DNA of 64,000 nucleotides from assembly GCA_001643675.2 (NCBI GenBank), contig LSRY02000002.1, forward strand, positions 1,674,001 to 1,738,000, written 5' to 3'. A model generated the notes under the pieces. It searched no databases. It was not told the origin of the DNA and was given only the letters and a program-made list of their open reading frames with translations. This DNA comes from Monocercomonoides exilis PA203 (taxonomy: Eukaryota; Protista; Preaxostyla). Made by a program: the position numbers and the translations under genes. Shown piece after piece: positions 1 through 10,944 of this stretch (positions are counted from its first letter, which is position 1; the number at the start of each line of letters is the position of its first letter).

Positions 1-2
1 TG

Positions 3-3000
3 GCATTTCTGTTCTTATCAGTTGAGTCACGGATCCTGATAATCGACAAATTCTCAGCTTCATCGATTGATTTGAGGAGAAATCCACTGATCTCGTTGAC
101 AGAAAGCGGAACAAATACCGAGTTGGTGAACGCTCTGTGGTTGAACATGACGAAATGCAATTTCACAGAAATCGAAAGAGCAGCTGGAAATGGAGGCTGT
201 GTGAGTATTGACAACAGCCATGATGAAAATTCAAATAGTGAAATAAATATTGAAGAATGTGATTTTGATGGATGTTCTATATTGGCTGACGAAAGCAGAG
301 GAGGGGCAATCAATGCTCAGTTGAAAGGGAACATTCAAATGAATATTATTTCATGCATATTCACAGAATGCACAGCACCAGATGAAGAAGTGAAGACAGG
401 CTTTGGAGGAGGAATGGCACTGAAATTGATCAATGACTATTCTTCATTTGTGATCTCATCACCTGTCTTTGCGGTAGACAAGTCAAATGTTGCGAGATAT
501 GGAAATGATCTTTTTGTTGAAGCATTCAACTTGACAAAGAGCATCACAAATACCTCACTTCCATTTGTATCTGAGCATTTAAATGATATTTCGTTGAATT
601 CAATGAGAGGCTTTGATGGGAGTGACACAATGAATGCAATTCCATTGATCTATTTTTGGCGAGCATTTGGCTCAGAGTTATTTGTTTGGAGCGAAGGAAA
701 AGATGTGTGCATTTGCGGACTGTCAGATTATCCTTGCCTGTCTATTGATTATTCTTTGAAGCGAATGGTTGAAGGAAATGAAAGGATTATTAGTGTCATT
801 GGAAAGGCGATTCTTCAGAAGAGTGTTGATGTCAGCGAGCTTTCAATTAGATCAAATAATACAGTCATGTGCGCTCTGGAGTGCAACTCTTCGCTTGAAG
901 GAACAGAAGGAACAGCAATGAAGATTCAGGGTATTACCAATTTCGAACTGATAAACTTTGCAATACCATCATCCTTCACAAGTGGAGTCAATTATTTGAT
1001 GCATGTTGATTCAAGCGATGGATCATTGACTGTGAAAGACTGTTCGTTCACAAAAAATGAAGAAAATAATGGAGAAGAGGAAATAATTGACTACGGGCTA
1101 ATCAAAGCAGATGGAGGAACTGTTCAATTGGAGTTTGTGATAATGCAATCATTCAGTTTTGTAACAGATGTTATTTCTGTGCTATCTTCAACGATTTTGA
1201 ATTTGAAAAACCTGACAATGAAGAATGTTGAGCTGGATGGAGCAATCGGATTGAGCATTTCAAAGAATTCAAAAAGAGAGAGAAATGAAGCTGAACAAGA
1301 TATTGTTATTGAATGGAGCATTTTTGAAGACATCACGCAGAACACAACAGATGATATTCCCATCATTCGAAATGTCAATGATACCCCATTGAAAATGGTG
1401 ATTCGGAACACAACGATGAAGAAGTGTGGTGGAACGAGGTGTGGAAAAGGAGGGGCGATGTTTGTCCTGTTGAATGAAGGAGGGCACTTTGACTGTTCGT
1501 TTTGTACAATTTCTGAGTGCTTCTGTTCCACCACTGGAAGAGGTGGGTGTCTGTTTCTGGAATGCACCTCGACAGCTGAGCAGCCTCTGAATTTTGTTCT
1601 GTCGAACATCACATTCAGAGACAACTCTGCATTCAGAGGGAGAGATGTGTATGTGAGATGCCACTCAATCGATACACAAATTGTTGATGAGCAATTCTTG
1701 CTGGATTTCAGAGCACCATTTGTGAAGGACAAGGCAGTATGGGGTTGTTCGACAGACTCGTTTGTGGGGGAAGAAGATCTTCTGCTGAGAGTAGTAAAAT
1801 ATCAGAGCGAGACTATATTTGTGTCTTCTGTTGCAGATAGTCACACAGACAGCAAACAATGTGGTGAGTTCAGTGTGCCTTGTCAATCGCTGAATGTGGG
1901 AGTTCAGCACATCATTCCTTCATCATATTCGCAGCTGTTGATATCAGAGGAAACAATCATCAATAAAGAATGCGAAGCAAAGGATGTGACCATCCGCTCA
2001 CTTCAATCTCCTTCAGCTGCTTTGGTGCTTCTGAACTCAACAACTACAAGTGATGAAGGAAATCTAATCACAACCTCAGAGAAAGTTCGGATTGAGAGAT
2101 TGAATTTCAACTTTGGTCAGCTATTTTCTTATTCAGGAAGTTCTATCATTCATCAAGCAAGTGGGGAACTTTCTTTATCATTTGTTGATTTCTCTTCAGT
2201 TGTGGAGTCAGAAAACATTGAATATGTTACCCTCAACTCAACTTTGCTGAGCATTGCAAATGGAATTCTTCATGTTGACAACTGCTCAGTGTCAATGCTT
2301 TCATTAAAGAATCCTTCTTTTTTGTTCAATGGGGAAGAGACTTATATCACAAACATGAAGCTTGAACATATTGAATCAATTGCAAATGTTTTTGAGCTTG
2401 GGCAATGTGGAAGTGTTGCGTTTAACGGAGTGTGTGCAGATGGAGTGAAATTGTCTGAAGGCTGCTTCATTGTGATTCAAGGTTCGGTTTCAGCAACAAT
2501 TTCTTTAGGAATCTCCTCGTTCAATAACTGTTCAAAGAATTCAGAAGGACCATCTGTTCTTTCAACTTCTTCATCTTATGCTCAAATAGTTCTTTCAAAC
2601 TGTTCTTATTCAAACTGCGATTCTCTGTCTGAAAAAGGAATTGTTGTGGAGGTGTGCAATGTGATGGATGTTTCCATGCGCATGTGTGAATTTGAAGGAT
2701 TGTTAACTCACAATCTCTTATCAAAGGATGGAAACACATTTGAAGAAATATGCAAATGGAATGGATCGCTTGTCCATTCTACGAATTCTTCATTGGTGAT
2801 GAAGGATGTGATCATTTCGAATTCTTCATCAGGTGGGTTATCAGTATCAACTGGAAATGTGACGATTGAGAAAGGAGAATTCCTTGAAAACAATCCTTTC
2901 ATTGAAAAATATCACTCCTTTCGCAGAAACATCATTTGTTCGGATTCTGGAACACTGAACGTGGTGAGTTTGAAAGGAGGAGATGGAGTGATGCCCAATT

Positions 3001-4763
3001 CTTCTCTTTGGATTTTGAATGATGAATGCACACTTGGAGGGATAGCAGGAGAAAGGTCATCCACCTTCTGCATTCCCAAACTGGAAGATGCTTCTCTCAT
3101 TGAAAATGGAAGCAACATTTATATCAAATTCAAGGGATCTCTTTTTGTTCCATGTGACTTGTCATTCAGACTTGTTTACAAAACAGGAGATGTGGAATTG
3201 GCTGAAACATATCACTTTGAGGAAGACAGTTTTGTTTCAGAAATGGAAGTGATTGGAAGAATCCCATCAGAAAATATTTCAACGATTGAAGATGAAACAG
3301 AGATTTCAGTGATGATTTTGTTTGGAAAGCAAAGGGTTGCAACTTCTCCGCAGATTCTGAAGAACAAAACACAATCAAAGACTGGAAATGAAAAAGTGGT
3401 TGAAGGAGGAAAAGAAGGGAAATCTTATTGGGTACTGATTGTGATTGTGCTTGTTGTTATTCTTTTGATTGTTTTGATTGTATCAATAATATTCATTGTC
3501 CGATGGAGAAAGCAAAAGAGAAGGACAGAGGAACTTGAAGTCATTGTGAATGATACAGTGAGAAAAGATCCGAAATTGATTGAGATGGCCACGATGGAGA
3601 TGTCTCCTGAGAAGCAGTGGAGGAGAGCTGAGAGGGAGGAAGAAAAGAAGAATGAAGAGAGGATGAAGAAGAGAGTGTATGAAACGAACATGGAACATTC
3701 AGAGTCATCAGAGCATCTTTTGAGTGAGAGTGGCTCCACTGAATACATCCTGGGAAGAGACTCAGACAAGATTCCTCAATGGATGCTGGAGAAGGTTGAT
3801 GAGAAGGAAGAAGATGATGCTTCAAGAAAGAGATCGCCTTCACCATCCATTTCAACCACAGACACTTCAGACACAGAATCCACATTTGTTCGTATGGAAG
3901 ATGCTTGTCCGACCACTTCATCCATGTCGAATCTGGTGGATGCCATGGCATGCTCATCTCCTCATGAGAAGCTGATTGTGGATTTGAGGGATTCGCTGTT
4001 CATGCTGCTTCATGGGAGGAACGAGAAGAAGCTGATGGCAATTGGCACTCTGAAGGAAAGAGAGCAGACAGCCGCACAGATCCTGTTCTGGGTGGCAAAT
4101 GGAGCACTTCATTCATTTGATGAAATGGAAAATCCTCTTCGGTCATTATCCAGTTTGAGTCCTCACATCGTGTTGTTCTCAGAACACATGGTCATCTGCG
4201 TTGTGATGCATTCTGACTTATTGTCCGATGATGACTCAGATTCTTCATCCATTTCTTCATCAACTGTTGTCACATCTGCAAGTGATGATGACGAAGATGA
4301 TGACTCCCTGCCCTCATCTGCCTTTGAGGATGAGGATGACTTCAAAAAAGAGTGTCTGAGGTGGAAGGCGCCTGAGCTGCTGATCAACAAGAAGATGGAA
4401 GCAGCAAAGGAGTCAGTTGCTTTTTCGATTGGGATGATGCTGTGGGAGTGTCTGACACTGGAGATTCCGTTTGGAGAGTTTGAGGCAGAAATATCTGGAG
4501 ACAAAATTACGAAAGGAGAAAGGCCAGCGATGGGGATGGTCGAAGAATCGACGTTGGGAGATATCTCGAAGAATTGCATGCTCCAAACGCCATCGGAGCG
4601 TCCTTCGTTAGTGATGCTGAAGCGAGAGTTCATTCAGCAGTTTCCAGCAGGCGCTGTTGTGATGACTATTTCCGATGCAGTGAATATTGAAGACGAGACA
4701 GGCGACTGTGAAGAGAGCAATATCAGCAGCTTGGTAGAACAGGAAGCATTAAGTGGATGCTAA
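3..4763 (+). CDS. Giant type-I membrane protein (Cys/GG-rich beta-helix-like ectodomain, TM, degenerate protein-kinase-like C-terminus); 5'-truncated by window edge
   Basis: Frame is open from base 3 (TTG at 72 is not a real start). Repeated GGA/GGG-x-F-x-x-C motifs; hydrophobic TM WVLIVIVLVVILLIVLIVSIIFIV followed by RWRKQKRR (~3430-3530). Kinase C-lobe motifs LRWKAPEL, FSIGMMLWECLTLEIPF and ERPS are present; no recognisable HRD/DFG. Confidence 0.85.
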   Translation, partial: AFLFLSVESRILIIDKFSASSIDLRRNPLISLTESGTNTELVNALWLNMTKCNFTEIERAAGNGGCVSIDNSHDENSNSEINIEECDFDGCSILADESRGGAINAQLKGNIQMNIISCIFTECTAPDEEVKTGFGGGMALKLINDYSSFVISSPVFAVDKSNVARYGNDLFVEAFNLTKSITNTSLPFVSEHLNDISLNSMRGFDGSDTMNAIPLIYFWRAFGSELFVWSEGKDVCICGLSDYPCLSIDYSLKRMVEGNERIISVIGKAILQKSVDVSELSIRSNNTVMCALECNSSLEGTEGTAMKIQGITNFELINFAIPSSFTSGVNYLMHVDSSDGSLTVKDCSFTKNEENNGEEEIIDYGLIKADGGTVQLEFVIMQSFSFVTDVISVLSSTILNLKNLTMKNVELDGAIGLSISKNSKRERNEAEQDIVIEWSIFEDITQNTTDDIPIIRNVNDTPLKMVIRNTTMKKCGGTRCGKGGAMFVLLNEGGHFDCSFCTISECFCSTTGRGGCLFLECTSTAEQPLNFVLSNITFRDNSAFRGRDVYVRCHSIDTQIVDEQFLLDFRAPFVKDKAVWGCSTDSFVGEEDLLLRVVKYQSETIFVSSVADSHTDSKQCGEFSVPCQSLNVGVQHIIPSSYSQLLISEETIINKECEAKDVTIRSLQSPSAALVLLNSTTTSDEGNLITTSEKVRIERLNFNFGQLFSYSGSSIIHQASGELSLSFVDFSSVVESENIEYVTLNSTLLSIANGILHVDNCSVSMLSLKNPSFLFNGEETYITNMKLEHIESIANVFELGQCGSVAFNGVCADGVKLSEGCFIVIQGSVSATISLGISSFNNCSKNSEGPSVLSTSSSYAQIVLSNCSYSNCDSLSEKGIVVEVCNVMDVSMRMCEFEGLLTHNLLSKDGNTFEEICKWNGSLVHSTNSSLVMKDVIISNSSSGGLSVSTGNVTIEKGEFLENNPFIEKYHSFRRNIICSDSGTLNVVSLKGGDGVMPNSSLWILNDECTLGGIAGERSSTFCIPKLEDASLIENGSNIYIKFKGSLFVPCDLSFRLVYKTGDVELAETYHFEEDSFVSEMEVIGRIPSENISTIEDETEISVMILFGKQRVATSPQILKNKTQSKTGNEKVVEGGKEGKSYWVLIVIVLVVILLIVLIVSIIFIVRWRKQKRRTEELEVIVNDTVRKDPKLIEMATMEMSPEKQWRRAEREEEKKNEERMKKRVYETNMEHSESSEHLLSESGSTEYILGRDSDKIPQWMLEKVDEKEEDDASRKRSPSPSISTTDTSDTESTFVRMEDACPTTSSMSNLVDAMACSSPHEKLIVDLRDSLFMLLHGRNEKKLMAIGTLKEREQTAAQILFWVANGALHSFDEMENPLRSLSSLSPHIVLFSEHMVICVVMHSDLLSDDDSDSSSISSSTVVTSASDDDEDDDSLPSSAFEDEDDFKKECLRWKAPELLINKKMEAAKESVAFSIGMMLWECLTLEIPFGEFEAEISGDKITKGERPAMGMVEESTLGDISKNCMLQTPSERPSLVMLKREFIQQFPAGAVVMTISDAVNIEDETGDCEESNISSLVEQEALSGC

Positions 4764-5339
4764 AGGTTTGTGAATGGAAACAGTTTGACTGTGTCAAGTC
4801 AAGAGATCAGAAACCGAATTGTGTGGAGAAGAGATGAGTGCTTGCCAAATGCATTTCTGATGAAGTGGAATGAAAAGGAAGAGCTTGGAGACGGACACTG
4901 ATCAAAGTTGATGTGCTAGACAAGGTGAACGGAAGAAGAGGGGATAAGTGCGGGTGAGTATGCGTGGTGAGTTTGCGTGAGTGTCTATCTCAAATATGGA
5001 TGGATACATAGATATACATAAGTATTTCCTTTTATTTGCAGTCGAATTGTTTGTGTTTGTTTTCCAGTCTTATAATAACTTATTGATGATTCTAATTTTT
5101 TTTTGAAAGTTGGAAAAGAGTTTCACTTCATTCGTCTATTCAGAATGCAGAATTTCGTTGTGCAACGTTTCTTGTATTTATATATAAATGCTTTATATTC
5201 GCTTAATTTCCATCTCGCATTAATTTTGTATGAATCTTGTAACTCCATTTTTTCCTTTAATCTCTGATTCCGCTTTTCAGTTGGCATTTTTCCCCTTATG
5301 TTATTCATATTCACAATTGCACTTTACTTTTTCTTTTTG

Positions 5340-7726
5340 TCAAACTCCAGGATGCCTGATTTTTTCTATTTGTTGAAATTCCCCTTTCATCATCTTTTTC
5401 TTTTTCTTCTTCTTCTTCTTCTTCCTCTTCCTCTTCCTCTTCCTCTTCCTCTTCTTCTTCTTCTTCTTCTTCTTCTTCTTCTTCTTCTTTTCCTTCTTCT
5501 TTTTTTCCTTCTTCTTCTTCTTTTCCTTCTTCTTCTTCTTTTCCTTCTTCTTCTTCTTTTCCCACTGCCCCAGCAGCACCCACAGCAGGTCCATTGCCTC
5601 GCTCACCACACTCCGATGCCTCCCTCTCTTCAGAATCTGCGCCACCGCCTCTATGATCGCAGCCTCCACAATCACCCTCGCCGCCTCCTTCCCCAGCAGC
5701 CCCACGTTCCTCAGTGCCCTCAGCGCGTGGCACTGGGCGCTGTGTGTGTCTGCCTGGGCGATGTGGCAGAGGGCGAAGACACACATCGGCCGGAGGAGGG
5801 CGCATGCTTGGGAGGATATGCCGGCGCTGATATTGCTTGCGAGGAGCGCTGCCACGTGGTGCAGACACGACAAGGAGGAGGACAAGTGGGAGGCGAGCAC
5901 ATCGAAGAACGACAGCTGAAGAAGAAGACTTTCGATATCTTTGTCGCTGTCACTAGAGAAGTTCACAAAAAAGTGGAAGGCCGTCGCTTTGCCTTTGAAG
6001 AATCAAAAAATATGAAATAAAAGAATATTTATTCGTTTGAAATAAAATTCATGTCACATAAATAGTAAGTTGATGAAAGAGAAATGTTATGAATATATGA
6101 CAAAATATGACAAAATATAGGAGAAAGATAGATAAATCAAACCTCGTCAGCTCCACAACTAGTAAAAATGTCATTGCATCAATAATTAAGAACTTGTTGT
6201 TATCTGAATTTTCATTTATGTTGGCGAGGATTTGCAGGCAGCATTCAATTGCTGCCTTTTCAATGAGCAACTTTTCACACTCCATTCCTTCATTCTCCAT
6301 CTTCTGCTCTCTCTTTTGATTTTTATTTATTTATTACTTTCTTTCTTTCTTTCTTTCTTTCTTTTCTTTCTTTCTTTCTTTCTTCTTCTTCAATGTTAGC
6401 AGCATTACAGCATCCTCCCGATGAATTCTCCTCTTCAACTTCTCATATGTTCTTCAAATATGCTCATTCTCTTCTGCCCTTTCTCAGCCTTCTTCTCCTT
6501 CTTCATTTCCATTGTCTTCGTTTTCAATTTTTTCTTCCTCAATTTCAGCAAGCTTGTCGAGCATCTTCTCAAATTCAGCTTCTGCCTCTTGTCATGAAGT
6601 AGATCATTCATGCTTTCAAGATATTTATGTCTATCATCAAAATCTCATAACTTATCTTTTCCTTTTTGTTTTCTTCGCCTTCGTCATCTCTTCAACACTT
6701 TCTAGCTTCCACTCCTCCTTTCCTTTCCTTTTCACTATTTTTTATTTCCCTGTTTTCATACTTCATGTTCCTTTGGATTGAGTTTGCTCACATCTCTTTC
6801 TCTTTCCTTTCCAATCCACATCGCTCGTTTCTTTTCTTCCTCGGACTTTCTCTGCTCCGCCCTAATCAAAATGTCTTCTGTACCTCTCATCCTCTCCATG
6901 CCTCTCAGCTTTCTCCCAGCCTCAATCCCTCTTGCCCACTCACATCCTCCTCCTCTTCCTCCAAAGAAAGCCCTTTTGGTTGCTTTTCTGCCAGCTCTGC
7001 AAAATATTCAACCCCACTCTCGTGCTACTGCGTAATGTACATGATATCTCACCTTCGCTGTAGGTTCTGTTCTGTCCAATGTCTTCGCGCCATCCAAATC
7101 TACTCTCTTCTTTCCCATTCCTCATTTCTTTCTGCGCTTTTCACTTTTTCCACATCACTTCCTCCATACTCAGCTCCAGCAACTTCAACAACATTCAGAG
7201 AGGGAAGTGTATCCTTGTGAAATCAATATGCATCCTCCCAACTCCACGAAGAGGGAATTTCCTTCCATCGATATCAATATCTTTTGGCTTGATGGCTTCC
7301 AAAGACGCCTTTTGAACGTTCGGCGTTGAAGTACTCTTTTGAAACTTTCTCGCAGCATCCATGGAGTGGATCTTGATTCATGCATAATAGCGAAATAATA
7401 AATAAATAAATAAAAATGAAAACAAGTCGTACATTTCTTTCTCCTTCACTTGTTCTTTTGATTTCTTCTTCAGCCAACTCCTGAAGCTTCTGAATTCAGT
7501 CGATCAAAGGTAAATATTTCATAACTAAAAACAAATTACATGCAATTTATAATGCCTTCTGAAATTGCATTTGCTCCAACTCAGAATTTTCCTTACATTA
7601 TTTTCGATAAAGTTTTATAAAATATTCCACAAATCTTGAAGTAAATCGCATTTCATCCTTCTTCTTTGAAATGAATTCGACCTGGTTTCTAGCAAAATCT
7701 TCGCTGGAACTTCTTCTGAAACTCAT
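5340..7726 (-). CDS. Multi-exon armadillo/importin-alpha-like repeat protein, possibly degenerate
   Basis: Exon-like ORFs 5340-5966 (LLASNISAG...ALRALRNVGLLG...IVEAAIIEAVAQIL) and 6049-6300 (LLIEKAAIECCLQIL) look like ARM helices. Candidate ATG at 7726. Upstream exons are not cleanly resolvable. Confidence 0.45.
5394..5561. repeat. (CTT)n/(CCTCTT)n microsatellite plus ~4 x 18-bp units (tttccttcttcttcttct)
   Basis: Directly visible pyrimidine-only tract; reads poly-K or poly-E on the minus strand depending on frame. Confidence 0.9.
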
Positions 7727-7797
7727 TTTCTGATCAAATTCTCCTTCTTCCTTCTTTTTTTCAGATCTTCAGAATTTCGTGATTCCTAAAAAATATA

Positions 7798-8075
7798 TGG
7801 TAGGTAGGCACATTGCGACCGGAAAAAAAATTGATTCTGACATTTTGAATAATAGCTTCTATTATTAATATGCGTAAATGTTATATTTCGAAAATGATTT
7901 TCGAATTACAGTGATTTTAAGCTGAGAAAACCTATCTTTAAAATCCAATAGAATTCTTCATACCGAATTCTTCCTCATTTTCAATGAAAACCCTTATCAG
8001 TTGATTAGATGGATTTATTTCATTAAACCTGACACTTATTTACACATTAACAAGGCTAGAATCTTTATTTCTAAT
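7798..8075 (+). repeat. Dispersed non-coding repeat, copy 1 (diverged copy at ~48491-48778)
   Basis: Shared blocks in the same order: cgaccggaaaaa, atatttcgaaa, ttttcgaattacagtgatt, ctgagaaaa-ctatcttt, aaaaccct-atcagttga, acaagg. Confidence 0.75.
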
Positions 8076-10944
8076 TTTAAAACTGATTTGGAAATTTCTC
8101 TGCAATTTTTCTAATGGGTAAGATCATTATATTTTCAAACAGTTTGATGAAAATAGTTATGAATAATTGCAAGGTTTGACCTTCGACCAATGCATATGAC
8201 TTACCAATCCCGATATACTTGCCAAACATAGCATCTGATCGATCATTCACTATATTAATCATTATAATTGAAAATTTTAGTTTTTTTTTTGTTCAGATAA
8301 TGAAATGAGAATGTTGAAATAAAAATAATTGAATTGCCTAAATTTATTTGTTTTGAACACTTCAGGGTTTGAAACATATCCACAATCCTCATTAATTAAT
8401 TAAAAAATTTCCAAAATTTTTCTTTTGTCATTTTTATAAATGTGAAAAGAAAAATGATATTCTTCAACTTTAATGAAAACGCAGTGACAGACTTTTAAAG
8501 TGTTTTTATTTGTGCATTAATTTGTATTTTCAATTCAAATTTTCATTTATTTGTTTTTGAAACAATGTTGTTTTGTAGCAATTTTTGAAAGCTTCATTTT
8601 CCTCAATTCCATATTTTTTATGAGAACATGTGATAGATTTGTTTCTTTAATCTTTCATTGTTTCAACAGTTATAAAGAGATATGAGAAAAATAAAAGGTC
8701 AAATGAGATGATATTTGAATAAGTTTTGGGGCTGATCAGTAAGATTCCATGATCGAAGGTTATGCCACAATCCCAAAACATGTGAGTGATCATATTTGAA
8801 TTCATAACTTTTTTCGGGGTGTTGATTTTAAAAATTTCTTGTGAGAATAACCAGGAAATTTTCAAATCCGAATATCGAGAATTGCCGTTTTTTCAAAAGC
8901 CAATGTTTGAGATGCGTCCATCACAATTTTATTGTTCATGATGTAATCACTTTCCAATGTTCATTTTAAAGAATGCAAAACAAACTTTCATGAAGATTAT
9001 TTTGAGAGAAAAAATTCGATTTCAAAAAAATTATAAACATCTGAAAAATTTTTATTGAAGGAAAAATAAAACAAAAAAATTTCACATTCAAATAGTTCTC
9101 AAATAATTTCATCACATATTTTCATATTTGAAAATTGAAAATAAAAAGGAAAAATCGAATTACCTCTGTTGACTGCACAAAAACAGGAAGTTATTTCATG
9201 ATAATAAATCATAATAATAGGAAGATTATTTTGGGGTTGTGGATATATGGAATTGGTCGTAAAAAATTTTTTTATCCAATATTATATGCACTTTTTTTCT
9301 TGTAATACTCTTCAACATTCAACCAATTTTCTTTTCACTTCTTAAAAGAAATTATATTTCTTATATGAAGTTTGCCGCATGATTATTGTCAATGATGAAT
9401 GACAAGCTTTTTCATTTTCATAAACACCTATCTTCTGCTTTTTCTATTTTTGATAATAGATGTTGCAACAAATGCAATCAATAGAAATATGAAATACAAA
9501 AATTTTGATCCAAAGAAAAAAAACAGATGCAGTTTGAACATGATATAATCACATCGAGTATTGTCACAAATAGTTGTACAAAAACAAATGAAATTGTGGT
9601 CGATTAAGACTGTTCTCAAATAATAGGCAACCAGTTAAAAGTTTTTATTCCTAATACGTTCACCCACATGCTTTATGAGTTTAGAATTCAAAGGAAAATT
9701 CAGACAATTAGATGTATTTTTATTACAAAAGATTCTTTGAATAATAAGTGAGTTTTTATTTTATTTTATTTTTTTTTATTTTTTTTTTATTTTTATTTTT
9801 ATTTTTTTTCTTTTATTTTTTTTTTTTTTTGTTATTTCTTTGGCAACTTCTTCAGTTGATAAAAATAAGGTATTATTAAACATTCATCAACATGAAGCGG
9901 TTTTCGCTTCTTATGTGTTTGAAAATCTTCATTTTGGATTTCATCTTCAACAATTAAAATTATTTGGGGGAAAATATAGACATTCAAGCTTTTTATGCAC
10001 AAAGCATGAAAAAATTGTTTAACTCATAACTTTCTTTCGCTCTCTTAGATTTCAAAACAAATTGGATTAACATATCCTTTAACAGGCATCATTGAAATCA
10101 AATTATAAACTATAGTGTCATTTCACGAATGTCAAAAAATGGACACATTTTTTTCATATTTTTTGATCACAAAAAGTTCATCAAAGATGCAAAATTTTTC
10201 AATGAAAATGCATGAAGAAAAATATTTTGCCCTATTTATCTTTAATATTGTTAATAAAAAACCACACCCCATAAATTTGATATCAAAAATGTTAATTTCG
10301 AAATCAAAAGATACAAAATTACATTTTTAAAATAATTTTTATTCAAATTCGAAAATAATAATTAAAAAATAATAAAATATGAAACGATAAACATTGAAAT
10401 GCCAGCTTTTCTAAAGTGTAATTTGTCGAAATAATAATCATCAAAGGTTTCAAAAACTATAAACTCAATTACTTTTTTGTTAATGTAGAAGTAATTAAAA
10501 ATATGAATTTTATATATTTGTCTTCTTTCATGATATTTCATTTTTCACATTAAAATCATCTTTGTGCCTATGGTTAATTTTCATCTTCATCATTAAACAT
10601 TTTCATGTTCAATCTCATCAAAATTGCCTTTTCTCTTTTATTTTTCATCTGTTTTCGAATTTTTCGACATTTCTTTCTTTTCTAATGTCACTTTTCTTCA
10701 TTTCTCAGCGAATTTGCATTAATCGAATCCAAGACATGAAATTTTCGTGATAATAAACGTTAATATTGCTAAATTAAGTATGGCTACACATTTCTTTTTT
10801 TTTTATTAATTTCTTTAATCATCTTTGTTTGCTTTATCAAGCTTCCATTTAACATTTTCTCCGATTTCTCAGGATATTTTGAATGTAATAAGTCCGTTGG
10901 CCATTTTTTTGTTAATATGTCTGATCATTCGCCTCATAAAATCA

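Noticed and set aside
4764-4901. In-frame open stretch after the stop of the receptor gene (similarly 50848-51063 in the paralogue): possible readthrough or alternative code
   Set aside because: The extensions are short and not similar to each other, and TAA/TAG/TGA all terminate conserved genes in this window.
5298-6020. 240-aa Leu-rich ORF on + strand
   Set aside because: Antisense shadow of the (CTT)n repeat and the ARM exon.
8070-9720. Short coding-like patches in the AT-rich tract (e.g. MWVNVLGIKTFNWLPII, minus strand ~9670)
   Set aside because: Possibly decayed gene fragments, but stop-ridden and not assignable without a homology search.
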